Assembly: GCF_001194135.2 (NCBI RefSeq)
Contig: NC_068984.1
Coordinates: 57,746,786-57,810,785 of the forward strand
Reading direction: 5' to 3'
Source: Octopus bimaculoides
Lineage: Eukaryota
DNA length: 64,000 bases
Part shown: piece by piece, positions 62,884-64,000 of the stretch
How the letters are laid out: each line of letters begins with the position of its first letter
Numbering within the stretch: the first letter of the stretch is position 1
The notes under the pieces: generated by a model
Told to the model about the DNA's origin: nothing
What the model saw: the letters and a program-made list of their open reading frames with translations, nothing else
Database searches by the model: none
Position numbers and translations under genes: made by a program

Positions 62884-63160
62884 AAGGCACATGGCTCAGT
62901 GGTTAGAGTGTCAGTCATGAGATAGTGAATTCGATTCCCGGACTGGGTTATGTCTTGTGTTCTTGAGCACGGCACTTTATTTCCCATTGCTTCAGTTCAT
63001 TCGCTGTAGAAAACAGTTGCAATATTACTGGTGCTAAGCTGTATCAACCGTTGCCTTTCTCTTGGATAACATCAGTGGCTCAAAGAGAGGAGGTTGGCAT
63101 GCATGAGTGACTGCTGGTCTTCCATAAACAAATTTGTCCAGACTTGTATCTTGGAAGGGG
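62884..63160 (+). repeat. tRNA-headed SINE family E copy
   Basis: GAAGGCACATGGCTCAGTGGTTAGAGTG (A box), ATTCGATTCCC (B box), TGTGTTCTTGAGCACGGCACTTT. Confidence 0.75.
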
Positions 63161-64000
63161 ACTGGATCTATTCAATTTGACGTACAGATTTTAAAATTAA
63201 TTGTTTTTAACTAAACAGTTTGAAATTTCGGATACTGGTTGAATGTGTCAGAGATTTTTCTATTCTGTATATAAAAAAAGTTTGGCTACTTTTTCTAGCA
63301 GGTCATGCAACAACATACAGGCTCCGTCATTGGTCTGTCTCAATAATAATTTTGTTGTTATTTAGCTTCAAATCAACCCTGATACTGCAAACCTATCATC
63401 AAAGACATTCCAGTCTTCAGCAAACCGTCTTTTTAGGGATAATCTAGGACATTACATACAATGGGTGTGTGATTTAGGTAGGGGGATACTTTGGCTGTTA
63501 TTTTTAGTATGTCGAGCGATGAGGTAGAGGCTCTTTTATTGGTTCAATTGCGTGATGAGATTTTTTTAAACATATGTGTATGTATATATATAATCAGCAG
63601 AAGTTAGAGAGTAAGTCAAAAGCTGAAAGTTTCGTGTATTGGCACTTATTGAGCACGAATTTGGTCATTGTCACTCTGTAACTTCTGCCTATTATTAATG
63701 TGTGTGTGTGTGTGTATATATATCAATATCTATAAAATAGATGTTTGTGTGTGTGTACGTGAATGTGGTTTATGCACGTCCACAAATTAGCACGCATGTC
63801 GCTCCAATTTTAGGAGAAGATTCGGAATAACCCTATGTGCATTTTAGTGAACTTTCTCTCTCAGAGGTATCCGCGTATACCTGTAAAAATCGATAAACTT
63901 TTACCAATTTTGAAGTTTGTTGACATGGCGAAGTCAAATCTGTGCGTATGCGCTGAAGTAGAGAGAGAGAGAGAGAGAGAAATTGTATGTTTGTGAGAGG

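Noticed and set aside
62884-62945. tRNA-like A and B boxes here and at other SINE heads
   Set aside because: No complete cloverleaf, and they run into SINE bodies, so they are not tRNA genes

Overview
AT-rich animal genomic DNA, most likely an octopus or other coleoid cephalopod. This is inferred from the SINE/MITE families and a KRAB-less multi-finger C2H2 gene, not from any database search. There are three N gaps (38623-38962, 47066-47385, 53873-53950). Host coding content is small: one intact 13-finger C2H2 zinc-finger ORF (42959-44185, +), one 281-aa ORF resembling FAM47-family proteins (59916-60761, +), and several candidate spliced exons near CpG-retaining promoter-like zones (about 11-12.5, 24.5, 40.5 and 51.6 kb). 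The rest is largely transposable elements. Retroelements: a Ty3/gypsy fragment with integrase upstream of RT (Gmr1-type order), a decayed full-length gypsy, a CsRn1-like gag/protease with a tRNA-Trp PBS, Tx1/L1- and RTE-type LINE remnants, and at least five SINE families. DNA elements: a near-complete Chapaev3-like transposon with TIRs and TAA TSDs, two mariner derivatives, and hAT-, piggyBac-, Kolobok- and Merlin-type MITEs, one of them in a nested stack of four elements. The most unusual signals are the IN-before-RT gypsy, a group of GG-terminal foldback MITEs carrying telomere-like (TAACCC/TTAGGG) motifs at their centres, and a possible signal-peptide/RSKR leader spliced onto the FAM47-like ORF. 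I saw no rRNA, genuine tRNA or CRISPR array.
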